From contig CBDCTZ010000016.1 of assembly GCA_965222375.1 (NCBI GenBank), forward strand, positions 2,304,001 through 2,368,000: a DNA stretch of 64,000 bases. Reading direction: 5' to 3'. The notes beneath the pieces are model-generated. The model had not been told where the DNA came from. It was given only the letters and a program-made list of their open reading frames with translations, and searched no databases. Both the position numbers and the translations under genes were made by a program. Of the stretch, positions 20,328 to 31,119 are shown one piece after another. This DNA is from Polyangiaceae bacterium. Lineage in GTDB: Bacteria; Myxococcota_A; Polyangia; Polyangiales; Polyangiaceae. Positions within the stretch are counted from its first letter, which is position 1. Each line of letters opens with the position of its first letter.

Positions 20328-21407
20328 TCAGCGTGGCGCGCGCACGACGGAGCCCGGGCCATCCACGGGGCCTTGGTCGGTGAAGTAGACGCATTCCGAA
20401 TCGACCACCACGCGCCGCGGAGCCCAGAAACCCTCCGCAACGATCGTTTCGAGACCAGAACCCAGATCAAGGCGCCGCACCCGGCCGTTCATCCCAGCAC
20501 CGCCTCGCTCGGTCACGTACACGCTCCCGTTCGCGACGGCGACGCCGTCCACAAACACTCCACTCAGCAGCTTCGACTGGCTGCCGGATGCGCGGTTCAC
20601 ACGAAACAGCGACGTGTTGGTGGTGTAGAAGATGTCCGAATCCGTCACCGCCATGTCATTGGACTGCAGCTCCGTCGGATACGAGTTGATGACCTTCGAG
20701 TCGGTGATCGAATACTCGACAATCTCTGGGTCCGTGCCGTGAGCCGAAAACAGGAGCGAGGTGCCGTGCAAGACGAGAGTCCACGGATCCCGAAGTTTCT
20801 CGAGTAGGTCTTCGACGGCCCCGTCGAAAAGGTTTAGGTGACGCAGCCCGCCGTTGACTGCCGCACTGGCGTAAGTCCAATACACGTCGCTCCCGGAGGT
20901 GACGACGCCCCGGGGGAAGTGCTGAAAGTCGGCCAGCACCTCGAGCCCCCCGAACTTGCTCAGGCGCTTGACCTGACCGTTCACACTCGTCGTGTAGTAG
21001 ACGTGCGTCGCGCTCAAGCTCATGTGAAAGGAGCGTCCACCCTTGTCGGACAGGACGGTGACTGGCCCGCCGACTTTGGCAATTCGTTGGACCCCGCCCT
21101 TGTCCACGGATTGCCCCACAAAGACATTCAGGTCGTCGATGGCGAGGGCATAGGGACTGTCCAGGTAAGCCATGGGGATGGGTCCGGAATTCGGAGGACA
21201 CAATGTGGAAGGTGTTCCGCCTGTCGAAGTTCCGCCTGTTCCCGTTCCGCCCGTCCCCGACGAACCAGACGTGCCACCGCCACCTTGTGCGCCTCCACCC
21301 GTGCCGAGCCCACTTCGTGAGCCACACGCTCCGAGCCCCAGCGCTGCGCTGAACACGAGGGTGCGCGACAACCCACTCAACGTTCGGTCATGAACCGCGG
21401 CCGGCAC
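20328..21407 (-). CDS. Beta-propeller lipoprotein
   Basis: GACGSRS lipobox, repeated VYYT/VYWT/VYFT blades. Confidence 0.7.
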   Translation of the reverse strand: MPAAVHDRTLSGLSRTLVFSAALGLGACGSRSGLGTGGGAQGGGGTSGSSGTGGTGTGGTSTGGTPSTLCPPNSGPIPMAYLDSPYALAIDDLNVFVGQSVDKGGVQRIAKVGGPVTVLSDKGGRSFHMSLSATHVYYTTSVNGQVKRLSKFGGLEVLADFQHFPRGVVTSGSDVYWTYASAAVNGGLRHLNLFDGAVEDLLEKLRDPWTLVLHGTSLLFSAHGTDPEIVEYSITDSKVINSYPTELQSNDMAVTDSDIFYTTNTSLFRVNRASGSQSKLLSGVFVDGVAVANGSVYVTERGGAGMNGRVRRLDLGSGLETIVAEGFWAPRRVVVDSECVYFTDQGPVDGPGSVVRAPR

Positions 21408-21417
21408 GGCTTGGCTC

Positions 21418-22065
21418 TCACTGGGGCATGAAGAGCAGCGGGATGCTCACTCGGGAGATCTGGCCCGTGTCGGACTTGGGGAAGCGGAGCTGACGCAGGG
21501 TCTTGACCACGCAGCCAATCACGGTCTTGTCCGGCAGGTCCGCACTCGCGCTTTTGACAGCCACGGTCCGGCCGCCCTTGTCGATCACGATTTGAATCGT
21601 AATTCGGCCCTGCAGGTTCGGGTTGTTCTCGAGGCCAGTCTGGTAGCAGTGCCGCATCTTCGGGTAGCGCTGTCGCACGATGCGCCGTACGACTTCGGGC
21701 ATCTGATCGCCCACGACGTTGATCTTGCCGAAGCGGATTCGTACCGCGCGCACGGGTGCCAAGCTGGAGCGCAAAGAAGGATCAAGTTTTTCCCCCGGCT
21801 CCGTGGCGACCTCGGGCAGCTGCGCGGCGGACACCTCTCCACTAATCAGATTGAGCACCGCGCTCTTTCTCTCCTCCGCACTTCCGGAACCCGGGCCCAG
21901 CGGTGCAGCCGATGGCGCGGTCGCGATCGTTGCGCTCGGGGCTTGGCTTTTCTCAGAGACAGCGGGGGCCGAGCTCTTTGCCGTGGGCTCTTCCGCAGCC
22001 GGCTTCTTGTCGCAAGCCGCACCGAGGCACAGCACCGCTGCGAGAAACAAGCACAAGCGTTTCAT
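21418..22065 (-). CDS. Lipoprotein with AgmX/PglI-type C-terminal (TonB-C-like) domain
   Basis: CYQTGLENNPNLQGRITI...CVVKTLRQLRFP. Confidence 0.75.
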   Translation of the reverse strand: MKRLCLFLAAVLCLGAACDKKPAAEEPTAKSSAPAVSEKSQAPSATIATAPSAAPLGPGSGSAEERKSAVLNLISGEVSAAQLPEVATEPGEKLDPSLRSSLAPVRAVRIRFGKINVVGDQMPEVVRRIVRQRYPKMRHCYQTGLENNPNLQGRITIQIVIDKGGRTVAVKSASADLPDKTVIGCVVKTLRQLRFPKSDTGQISRVSIPLLFMPQ

Positions 22066-23111
22066 TTCTTGCTCCCCGCGCTGAGCCCCGGATCGAGGAT
22101 TGGCAGATACGACGTCAACATGTGCTTGGTTGCGTCGTCCAGCTGTCGCTTCTGCTTCGAAACGAAGAGCACGTCGCCGAAGCCTTTTCGAGACCGCTTC
22201 TGGTCGATGAAGGTCTGCACTTGCAGCTCACCCTCAGGCAACAGTTTTGCTTCAGCTCCTAGTGCCGCTTTCAGGCCCGCGCCCGCGTTCGCGTGCTGCG
22301 TGCCCTCTGCGAGGGGTCGCACCCAGCTGACTTTGCCCGCCTGTCTTCGGGCTGCCACCGGCACGCTCGCTCGAGCCCCAACGACCCAGAGTTCGAGCAT
22401 GCGCTGCGAGCGCGGCGCGATGCCCTTGGGCGTGTCGGGTTCGAAGTAGGGGTAGTAGGGCACCGGCGTATCGAAGGAGATGCGCATGGTCTCAGCCTTC
22501 ACCGAGCTGAGCCTTTTTGCCGTCCCCTTCGGCGGATCGTAGCGCATGGCCACGTAGAAGAACTTCATGTCCACGTAGTGCTTCAGCCACACGTCTGCTT
22601 CCGGCGTGCTGACGAGTTGGTGCTTCTTCAGCCAACTTGCCAGCGCTTTTTCGTCGTCGGCCGCCAGCACGTAGGCGGTGAAGCTACCCACGCGCTTTTT
22701 CTCCAGCACCTTGACGCCGCCGCCACTGCCTCGCGCCCCCGAACCGAAACCAAGGCCGCCCTTGCCGAATACTCCGACCACGCGCTCATAGGGGAACTTG
22801 CGTCGCATCTCGCCGAAGGGACTCTTTTTGACCGCGTTCACTTGGGGGCGGGAAGGCGTGGGAACCACGAAGCCAAAAGCTTCGTCCGACGCGTTGAACG
22901 CCACCTCCCGAATGAAGTGCTGATGCTTCTTCTTCTCGTCGAACACAATCAGCGTTTGTTCGTAGGAAAGGGAGGGACGCCTCGGCCCCTCCACAGTCTG
23001 CCTCGAGAAGAACCCGCCACAAGCACTCGCATCGCTTGGCACCAAGCTCACCACAACCCCACACGCGATAGCTGCCACAGCCATCGATCGTATCCATCGT
23101 GTTACCGACAT
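22062..23111 (-). CDS. DUF2330 domain protein
   Basis: Signal peptide ACGGFF, FGFVVPTPSRP, WLKKH...YVDMKFFYVA. Confidence 0.7.
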   Translation of the reverse strand: MSVTRWIRSMAVAAIACGVVVSLVPSDASACGGFFSRQTVEGPRRPSLSYEQTLIVFDEKKKHQHFIREVAFNASDEAFGFVVPTPSRPQVNAVKKSPFGEMRRKFPYERVVGVFGKGGLGFGSGARGSGGGVKVLEKKRVGSFTAYVLAADDEKALASWLKKHQLVSTPEADVWLKHYVDMKFFYVAMRYDPPKGTAKRLSSVKAETMRISFDTPVPYYPYFEPDTPKGIAPRSQRMLELWVVGARASVPVAARRQAGKVSWVRPLAEGTQHANAGAGLKAALGAEAKLLPEGELQVQTFIDQKRSRKGFGDVLFVSKQKRQLDDATKHMLTSYLPILDPGLSAGSKK

Positions 23112-23429
23112 CCCCGCAAGCTAGCACGACTCTCCACGGGCGTGGATGGTTACGAAAGCACGCACCAACGAAGCCACAAGCACAAGCGCGCAGGCCGGCT
23201 GGTCCCGTGTATGGAGCTCACGCGGGGGAGAGCAGCCGCGTCGTTGCGCTGAGGAACAAGGCAGCTCTGTTGCATCCCCACACAAGCGACGCCTTTCTTT
23301 TGGTTTGTTTAGTTGGCAACAGAGCTGTTTTGGGTCCCGAGACCTTGCTCAGCGGGGCTCTGGCGGAACCTTCCGCGCAGCACGGCCGCCGCTTCACGCT
23401 GCGCCTGGCGTCGCGTCGGCGATCGCCAC

Positions 23430-24647
23430 TCAGCCGAACAACGCTGGCAGCGTTCCCTTCACTTCGCCGAGATCTTGCTTGACGCCAACGGCATGCATGG
23501 TCGAGGCAACAACCTGCGCCGGGCGGGCATCCTGAGCTACGATGTGCTGGCCCGACTTGAGGCCACCGGCGCGCCCTGCCACGAGCATCACCATGTTCTC
23601 GCTGGAATGAGTGCTGTGCTTCTTGCCGGTCTGGGGGTCGAGCCCGCGTCCGCCTTCAAAGACCAACGACATGGCGCAGTGATCGAGCATGTTGCTGCCG
23701 TCTATCTCCTTGAGCTTGCCCAGCTTGGAGACGACCTGCGCGAACAGCTTCACGTGGAAGCCCACGCCGTCGGCAAAAGCCCCGTGGGGGAAGATGTGTT
23801 GGTGGGACAGGCTGTGGAAGTCGGACGTGTAGCCCGTCGCCGCGTAAGCGTTCATGTAGCACTTCCAGAACGACAGCTGGTACGACACTACGCGAGTCAA
23901 GTCGCAGGCGAAGGCCGTCGCGATGAAGTCGGAGAGCAAGTCGCCGCGTAGCTCCTCGTCGCTATAGCCCGTCGAAGAGTCGTAGCAGGAGCCGGACTTT
24001 TCATCGAAGGTGCATCCGACGGAGGTGAGCTTGCCGATGGGCGGATCGTCGCCCGGGTTGCTTGGCGGCACGCACGCGCCCACGGCGGGTCCAGCGGCCT
24101 CCAACTCCTCCACCCGGAGCTCTAAGGATCGGAGTTCGTCAAAGTGTCGCTCCATACGCCGCTTGTCCTGGGCGCCCAGCTTGGAGATCAGTCGCTGACG
24201 GCTCGCCTGCACCAGGTCGATCACACTCTTGCGCCGCTTGAGCAGGTACTCGGCTTCTCCAGTGTTGTTCGTCTGCGGAGCGAGGCCTTTGAATAGGGTC
24301 TCGAAGGCCAACCGCGGGCTGACGATGGGGTCGACGGCGACAGTGCCGCTGCCGCGCCGTTTGGAAAGTTCGAGGGGACCTAGGAAGCGCGTGACTTCTT
24401 CCGGATCGAGGGTGCGTCGGAATGCCAATCGGCCGAAGCGCGTCACGAAATGTTCGAAGCAGGCCGCGTCGTTCGGACCCGTGGGGGTGCAACCGACGAC
24501 TTTTGCGAGGCGAGCGGAGTCGCTCAGCAGGCGTCCAACGATGTCGTTCGCCAGAAGCTTAGCATCTTGGATCAGAGCCTTCGAGGGCTCTTGATTGGCG
24601 TAGTCATTGTCGAGGGGCAGCCGTGCATCCGTTGGCAGGCCTGGCAC
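23430..24647 (-). pseudogene. Chimeric remnant: DUF1592-type protein fragment fused to a DUF1552 C-terminal half
   Basis: CFEHFVTRFGRLAFRRTL joined in frame to SPRLAFETLF...AFACDLTRV...GGLKSGQH; both N-termini missing. Confidence 0.55.
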
Positions 24648-25052
24648 TGACCGAAGTGCCCGTCGTGATCGAGGGCGAAACTGGGACCGGCAAGGAACAG
24701 CTTGCGGAAGCGCTGCACGAAGTCGGGCCGCGCGCCGCAGGGCCCTTTGTTGTATTCGACTGCACGGCGGTGACGTCCAATCTCATCGAGTGCGAGCTAT
24801 TCGGGCACGAGCGCGGCGCGTCCACTGGATCTACGGGAGTTCATCGTGGTGTGTTCGAGCGAGCGAGCGGCGGCACTCTCTTGGTGGACGAAATCGGCGA
24901 TCTGCCCAACGCGCTGCAGGCAAAACTACTGCGCGCGATCAAAGGGTCGCAGGTCACACGCGTTGGCGGCGAAAAGCCCCTCGACGTTGGCGTTCGGCTC
25001 CTGTTTGCGACTCGACGCGACCTCGATAAGGAGGTGCAGGAAGGGCAAGTAA
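24623..25052 (+). pseudogene. Sigma54-activator AAA+ domain fragment
   Basis: GETGTGKE, ELFGHERGASTG (GAFTGA degenerate), DEIGDL; homology stops after DKEVQEG. Confidence 0.7.
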
Positions 25053-25111
25053 TGGGACGGGCTTTGGCGTGCTGGCGCGCAAGCTCGCGCTCGCTCTGGG
25101 GACGCTTAGGG

Positions 25112-25860
25112 CTACTTGGCGTGGACGCCGATGTCCTCGAAGCCGCCGCCGACGGTTGGCTTGAGAAAGTCTGCGGATTTGGGATCCGTGCTGATGAAGG
25201 ACACGATGCCAGAACGCTGCCAGGAGTTGTCCTTGGGGATCCCGGTACCGCCGTTGTTGCTGGTCTCGCCGGCGATGTTGGCGGTGACCACTGTGTCGGA
25301 ACCCAGAGTGTAGCCGCGCTTGTTGTCCCAGGTCGTGTTGTTCGTGAAGCTCGCGTTCTTTGCTGAGTTGAAGTCGATTCCGGCGGCCTTGTTGGAGTAC
25401 GACAGGCAACGCTCTACGATCGTGTCCGCGCTTGGCGGCTGTCCACCGGCCTTGATGCCTTGCCCGTCGCCGTCGGCGATGCCGTTCGCGTAGGAGATGC
25501 TGTAGCCGACGTAGCTGCCCGTGGAGCGCCAGGTATCAATGCCGTCATCCGAGTTCTTGTAGACCAAGCAGTTTTCAACGCGGTTGTCCGCGCCGCTGGA
25601 GATGGAGATGCCGTCGGAATTGCCACCGTTGGCAAACTCCGCATCGAATATACCGGCGCCAGAGTTGTCATTTGTCGTGCAGTTGCGGATCGTGTTCCGA
25701 GAGCCAAACGCGCCGTAGGGAAAGTCGGAATAGGGGCTGTAGATCTGGATGCCCGTTAGACCATTGTGGTGGGAGTGCACGCCATCGAGCAGGTTGTCCG
25801 TGCCTCCGATCCACACGCCCTGCCTGGGCATGTTCTTCACTTCGAGTCGTCGGTACTTCG
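25112..25860 (-). pseudogene. Right-handed beta-helix protein, C-terminal fragment
   Basis: GGNSDGI, NSDDGIDTW, GDGQGIKAGG; no credible N-terminus. Confidence 0.55.
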
Positions 25861-25881
25861 AGCTCGGGGGTGCTAACCGCG

Positions 25882-27057
25882 CTAGGGCAAGCCGCCAAAG
25901 GCGCAGCGATACGCGTACTGCATGCAGCGGGTACCGGTTGGGCAACTGTCTGTGCCGAAATCGTGGGGTGCCGCCCAGACGAAGACCTTTCCGGCGTCCA
26001 CTTCCAGGGTCATGCCTTCATAGAAGATGGGGCGCCCCTTCCACTTCACCACGTTCTCTTTGACCTGGCGTTTGGCGATCTTGGACATGGAGAAGCTCGT
26101 GCTGCCCAGGTTGGATAGCGCCCACACGTCCAGCCAGTCGCCGTGCGACGCAAAGAGCAGCGGCTTGCCGTCTTCACAGCGCTCGGTCAGATACAGGGAA
26201 TTGTAGGCGCCGACATTTTCGTCCACCCCGGACGTCACATGGGACTTCGTGCTGCCATGAGAGATCAGCTTCAGGGCAGTGGTCTGGTCTTCCCCAGAAG
26301 CTGAATACAGGCTGAGCGTCGCGCAGTCCCATCCGCAGCCGATGGCGTGGGTGTTGCCGTCGATATTGGCGTAGCCGACGGCGCCCACGTGGCTTTGGCT
26401 GTGACTGAACTTCGTACCCACTTTCTCCACCTTGCCTTCGGCGGTGATTCTGAGAGGATAGAAGGCGGACGGTCCGCTGGCGGAGCCCTTGGCCATGGCC
26501 ACGAGCAACGTGCCGTCGGCCGTGATCTGAATCGCCGAGGGATGCGGCGTTTGGGCATTCTCCAGCAGCGAGACCCCGTCCGTAGCAAGCCACTCGCCAC
26601 CACTATTCGCTTCGGTGGGAAAAGACAGAACCCGCCCGCTGAAGCCGGCGCCTTGATCTTGGCAGGTCACCACGAAACGTTTCGACGTCGGATGAAAACC
26701 GATCCCTTGAGTGTGACAATCGTGGGGTAGGCGCGCGATGGTCGCCTTCACGATGTGTTTGTCCTCGCATTCCATGGTCTGAGGGAGCGCGTCCAGCGCC
26801 GCGGTGGGGACGCAAGCCAACTTCGGCGCGCTCCCACCACTTCCGCCGGCTGTCCCGCCGCTCCCCGCAAAGCCGCTGGCGCCACCGCTGCCACCGGAGC
26901 TGCTACCACTCGCCCCGCTGGAGCCCGCAGCTGCACCCGTGCCCCCGCTGCTGGTCGCGCCGCCGCCGGACGAGGCTCCGCCCGACTCGTTGCCGCAGCC
27001 GAAGCCCGACATGAGCAGGGATAGAGCCAGGAAGGGCGCGGGATGGCATCGAGTCAC
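25882..27057 (-). CDS. Hypothetical lipoprotein with Gly linker
   Basis: GFGC lipobox, Gly/Ser linker, globular domain. Confidence 0.65.
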   Translation of the reverse strand: MTRCHPAPFLALSLLMSGFGCGNESGGASSGGGATSSGGTGAAAGSSGASGSSSGGSGGASGFAGSGGTAGGSGGSAPKLACVPTAALDALPQTMECEDKHIVKATIARLPHDCHTQGIGFHPTSKRFVVTCQDQGAGFSGRVLSFPTEANSGGEWLATDGVSLLENAQTPHPSAIQITADGTLLVAMAKGSASGPSAFYPLRITAEGKVEKVGTKFSHSQSHVGAVGYANIDGNTHAIGCGWDCATLSLYSASGEDQTTALKLISHGSTKSHVTSGVDENVGAYNSLYLTERCEDGKPLLFASHGDWLDVWALSNLGSTSFSMSKIAKRQVKENVVKWKGRPIFYEGMTLEVDAGKVFVWAAPHDFGTDSCPTGTRCMQYAYRCAFGGLP

Positions 27058-27145
27058 CTTCTCATCCTACACCGACCCGTAGCGGACGCACCCTGGCGCC
27101 GCGGAAACCCGTGGCGCCCGGATGCGCAGCTCGAGCTCGTGGGCC

Positions 27146-27898
27146 CTAGCTCTGCGCCGGCTTGATCACCCCGATCACCCCTCCCAGCGGATCCTTGATG
27201 ATCGCGAAGCGGCCTACGCCGTCCACTTCCATCGTGTTTCCCACTTGGCTGCCGCCGAGCTTCTTGGCGCGGCTGACCGTCGCGTCGCAGTCTTCCACCT
27301 CGACGTACTGCAGCCACATGGTCGGCACGTCGCTGCTCGGGGACTGCATCAAGCCGCCTCGTGCGGTCTCTCCAGTCTTCAGGACGTGGTAGTCCCCGTT
27401 GGGCATCTTCATGCTCTCGTGGGTGTAGCCGAGCACGCTGCTGTAGAAGTCGAGAGCGGCTTTGGGGTCCTTGGCCCACAGCTCGTTCCAGTGAAACGCG
27501 CCCGGGCCCTTGACTTCGGAGGGGTCGCCCTCCTGGGGCCGGAACAGCATGAAGGTGCCCCCCTCGGGATCCGCCACGGGTTGCATGCGCCCTACCGGCG
27601 CCACATCGAAGGCATCCATCAGAGCTTTGCCTCCGGCTTTTTCGATCTTCTTTGCGGTGGCATCCACGTCGTCCACGGACACATAGCTGACCCAGTGTGG
27701 AGGGATCCCATCTTTGGGCGGCGTCATGAAGCCCCCGACTCCCGTATCGCCGACCTTGAGCATCGGATAGCTCTCTCCACCCGGCATGTCGAAGCTATCG
27801 AGCTTCCAGCCGAAGAGCTCTGGATAGAAGGCCCTCGCCTTTTCGTGATCCTTTGCCACCAACTCGAACCAAACAAACCGTCCTTGATCTCGTGCCAT
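27146..27898 (-). CDS. Two-domain VOC/glyoxalase family protein
   Basis: FVWFEL...FYPELFGW, WVSYVSVDDVDA, DPEGG repeated twice. Confidence 0.9.
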   Translation of the reverse strand: MARDQGRFVWFELVAKDHEKARAFYPELFGWKLDSFDMPGGESYPMLKVGDTGVGGFMTPPKDGIPPHWVSYVSVDDVDATAKKIEKAGGKALMDAFDVAPVGRMQPVADPEGGTFMLFRPQEGDPSEVKGPGAFHWNELWAKDPKAALDFYSSVLGYTHESMKMPNGDYHVLKTGETARGGLMQSPSSDVPTMWLQYVEVEDCDATVSRAKKLGGSQVGNTMEVDGVGRFAIIKDPLGGVIGVIKPAQS

Positions 27899-28116
27899 TT
27901 GACTTCCTTCTGCATGGGGCGCGCTGCGCCCGTGGTGTCTTTCTCGCATGCAGGTCGTTCGGCCCGCTCTCGGATCGACAGTCCGGGTGAAAAAAATCCA
28001 AACTGCGGGTTAAATGCCCAAGATCATTGGGCAATAAAAATGGCTCGGGGTGGTGTCGAAAAACTCGACGCTGATTCGACTACTCCTGGAAGACCGACAA
28101 CCAAGGAGGCTTTACC

Positions 28117-28467
28117 GTGCAGTACCTACTGTTGATCTATGAAAACGAGGCTCTGAAAGACGTGCGCAACGAGGCTGAGAACAAGGAGATCTTTTCCGGC
28201 TACATGAAGTTCACCGAGGAAATCAAAGCCGGCGGTCAGCTTCGTGGTGGTGATGCATTGGAGCCGGTCGCGACCGCGACGACGGTCCGAGTCCGCGATG
28301 GAAAGACGCTGACCACCGACGGTCCCTTCGCGGAGACGAAGGAGCAACTGGGCGGCTACTACATGGTCGAGGCAAAAGATCTCGACGAGGCGCTCAAGAT
28401 CGCCGCGCGCATCCCCACCGCCACTACCGGGAGCATCGAGGTGCGACCGGTGATGACGTTCGAGTAA
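28117..28467 (+). CDS. YciI (DGPF) family protein
   Basis: TDGPFAETKEQLGGYY, IEVRPV. Confidence 0.92.
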   Translation: MQYLLLIYENEALKDVRNEAENKEIFSGYMKFTEEIKAGGQLRGGDALEPVATATTVRVRDGKTLTTDGPFAETKEQLGGYYMVEAKDLDEALKIAARIPTATTGSIEVRPVMTFE

Positions 28468-28507
28468 GCAGCTGGAGACCCACCGTCCACCGTAGTATCG
28501 GAGGGCG

Positions 28508-29743
28508 GTGGCGGTCAGTCGAGAAGAGATCCAAGCGATCGTGCGGCGTCACCATGGCGCTGTCCTCGCGCGTTTGATCCGGCGCCTTCGCAGTTTCGAC
28601 CTTGCCGAGGACGCCCTCCAGGACGCCTTGGCTGCTGCCATGGTGCAGTGGCCAACGAGCGGCATCCCCGAATCCCCCCGCGCTTGGCTGCTCACCGCTG
28701 CGCGCAACAAGGCGGTTGACGAGATCCGAAAGCGCTCGCTGCGAGGAGCCAAGCACGACGAAATGGCGGCGGACGCGTCTCCAGACGCGTCCGTGCCGAG
28801 CCCCGAGGACGAGCCCGCGATTGGCGACGACATGCTGCGCCTCATGTTCACCTGCTGTCATCCTGCGCTGCAATTGCAGGCGCAGATCGCCCTCACGCTT
28901 CACGCCATCGCGGGCCTCAGCGTCGAGGAGATCGCGCGCGCGTTCCTCCTGCCGGTGCCGACCTTGGCGCAGCGCTTGGTGCGGGCGAAGAACAAAATCC
29001 GGGCTGCTGGGATCCCATATCGGGTGCCCGAGTCCGACGAGCTGGGCCCGAGAACCGCGGGAATCCTGCGCGTGGTCTACTTGACTTTCAACGAGGGTTA
29101 CACCGCCACTCGAGGTGAGCAGTTGGTTCGAGCCGAGCTGTGCGAGCATGCGATCTACTTGGGACGCGAGCTAGTGTGGCTGATGCCCGAGAGTGCCGAC
29201 GCCGTCGGATTGTTGGCGCTGATGCTGTTGCAGGACTCACGAAGAGACGCCCGGGTCGATACCGACGGTGAGATCGTATTGTTGGAGGAACAAGATCGCG
29301 GTCTGTGGCGGCAAGACCGCATCCAAGAAGGCTGCGACTTGACGCGTCGGGCGCTGAAGCTCTCTTCGCATTCGGTGTACCCCCTGCAAGCCGCAATCGC
29401 CGCTGTGCATGCCGAAGCATCGGCGCCTGAGAAAACCGACTGGCGTCAGATCGCCGCGCTCTACGATCGGTTGCTCGCCGTCGAGCCGACTCCCGTGGTC
29501 GCCCTCAATCGTGCTGTCGCCGTCGCCATGGCTTTCGGTCCAGAGGTGGGGCTGAAGCTCACCGAACAGCTTTCCGATCCCCTCGACACTTACTATCTCT
29601 TTCACGCCGCCCGGGGCGACCTCCTCCGGCGCGCCGGCAAGCTGGATCTGTCTCGTGTCGCCTTCGAGCGCGCCCTCGAGCTTTGCGCAAATACTGCGGA
29701 ACAACGCCTGTTGCATCGGAAGCTCGCCCAAGTGAGCGACTGA
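28508..29743 (+). CDS. ECF sigma factor with C-terminal TPR extension (ECF42-like)
   Basis: AEDALQDA, LMFTCCHPAL, FNEGY, VVALNRAVA; follows a DGPF gene. Confidence 0.9.
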   Translation: MAVSREEIQAIVRRHHGAVLARLIRRLRSFDLAEDALQDALAAAMVQWPTSGIPESPRAWLLTAARNKAVDEIRKRSLRGAKHDEMAADASPDASVPSPEDEPAIGDDMLRLMFTCCHPALQLQAQIALTLHAIAGLSVEEIARAFLLPVPTLAQRLVRAKNKIRAAGIPYRVPESDELGPRTAGILRVVYLTFNEGYTATRGEQLVRAELCEHAIYLGRELVWLMPESADAVGLLALMLLQDSRRDARVDTDGEIVLLEEQDRGLWRQDRIQEGCDLTRRALKLSSHSVYPLQAAIAAVHAEASAPEKTDWRQIAALYDRLLAVEPTPVVALNRAVAVAMAFGPEVGLKLTEQLSDPLDTYYLFHAARGDLLRRAGKLDLSRVAFERALELCANTAEQRLLHRKLAQVSD

Positions 29744-29827
29744 ATCGCGGGGCGCGAACCGGCGCGGCATTCTTCTGGAGCCCGCGCCCCCTCGTAATTC
29801 CCCGGACAGCCATGGCACACTCGCACC

Positions 29828-31003
29828 ATGCCTCGCCGGGACCCTCGAGTGGACAAGTACATCGACAAGGCTCCGGCCTACGCGAAACCCATCCTTAAGA
29901 AGCTCCGCGACATATTGCTAGGGGCGGACAAGACCGTTCAAGAGGACATCAAGTGGGGTGCGCCCACGCTGATGAAGGATGGGATTGTCTGCTCCTACAT
30001 GGGCTTTCGCAAACACGTGGCACTGTGGTTTCACAAGGGCACTCTGCTCGAAGATCCGGCGCGACTCCTGAACGGTGGCTCGACGATCGCCATGCGAGCC
30101 GCGCACTTCACCAAGGAGTCACAGGTCAAGGCCAAGCCGATCACTGCGATGCTCAAACAGGCCGTGAAGCTCAATGTGTCCGGCATCAAAACGCCCAAGC
30201 GCGCCGCGGTAAAGAAGGCGGTGGTCGTGCCCAAAGAGCTCAGCCAAGCGCTTTCGAAAAGCACAGGCGCCAAGAAGTTCTTCGATTCACTGCCGCCGTC
30301 GGAGCGTCGTGGCTACGCGGATTGGATTCGGGGTGCCAAAACTGCAGCAACCAAACAGCGCCGAATCAAACAAGCCATCGACAAGCTGCTCCGGGGTGAG
30401 CGACGCGACGAGAAGTACAAGCGGCCCCGCAAAAGTGCCGCGGCTAGGGGGCGCCCGTCGGCCAGGAAGGCGACCCGCAAGCCTGCCAAAAGCACGGCGA
30501 AGAAGACGGCCAAAAGCACAGCCAAGAAGAAGGCGCGCAAGTTCGCCATGAACGCAGCGAAAAGAACCGCGAAAAAGTCGGCGCGCAAGCCCGCCAAGAA
30601 GTCGCCGAAAAAGACGGCGCGCAAGCCCGCCAAGAGTGCCGCCAAGAAGTCGCCGAAAAAGACGGCGCGCAAGCCCGCCAAGAGTGCCGCCAAGAAGTCG
30701 CCGAAAAAGACGGCGCGCAAGCCCGCCAAGAGTGCGGCGAAGAAGTCGCCGAAAAAGACGGCGCGCAAGCCCGCCAAGAGTGCGGCGAAGAAGTCGCCGA
30801 AAAAGACGGCGCGCAAGCCCGCCAAGAGTGCGGCGAAGAAGGCAGCGCGCAGGCCTACCAAGAAGGGAGCGAAGAAGGCCGCCAGGAAGGTCGCGAAGCC
30901 ACCGGCGCGCAAGCCGGTCAAGGGAGCGTCGACAACTCGATCGAAGGCCATCGGCCGCGCGCGTCGCGCCGGCTCCAAGGGTGCACCGAAGAAGGGGAGG
31001 TGA
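29828..31003 (+). CDS. YdeI/OmpD-associated (DUF1801) protein with histone-H1-like Lys/Ala tail
   Basis: VDKYI...IKWGAP; FDSLPPSERRGYADWIRGAKTAATKQRRI; basic repeat tail. Confidence 0.8.
   Translation: MPRRDPRVDKYIDKAPAYAKPILKKLRDILLGADKTVQEDIKWGAPTLMKDGIVCSYMGFRKHVALWFHKGTLLEDPARLLNGGSTIAMRAAHFTKESQVKAKPITAMLKQAVKLNVSGIKTPKRAAVKKAVVVPKELSQALSKSTGAKKFFDSLPPSERRGYADWIRGAKTAATKQRRIKQAIDKLLRGERRDEKYKRPRKSAAARGRPSARKATRKPAKSTAKKTAKSTAKKKARKFAMNAAKRTAKKSARKPAKKSPKKTARKPAKSAAKKSPKKTARKPAKSAAKKSPKKTARKPAKSAAKKSPKKTARKPAKSAAKKSPKKTARKPAKSAAKKAARRPTKKGAKKAARKVAKPPARKPVKGASTTRSKAIGRARRAGSKGAPKKGR
30596..30840 (+). repeat. Five tandem 48-bp coding repeats (KKSPKKTARKPAKSAA)
   Basis: GTCGCCGAAAAAGACGG recurs at 30601, 30649, 30697, 30745, 30793. 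Confidence 0.9.
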
Positions 31004-31119
31004 GATATATTTCGAGCCAACGTACTGAGTTGCGCTGCGCTGATCGCAGCCGGCGCGTGGTCAACCGCTGCTTTCGGGCAAGGCGCGCCACCGCCTCCTC
31101 CTCCCTCCACGGGCGAGGT

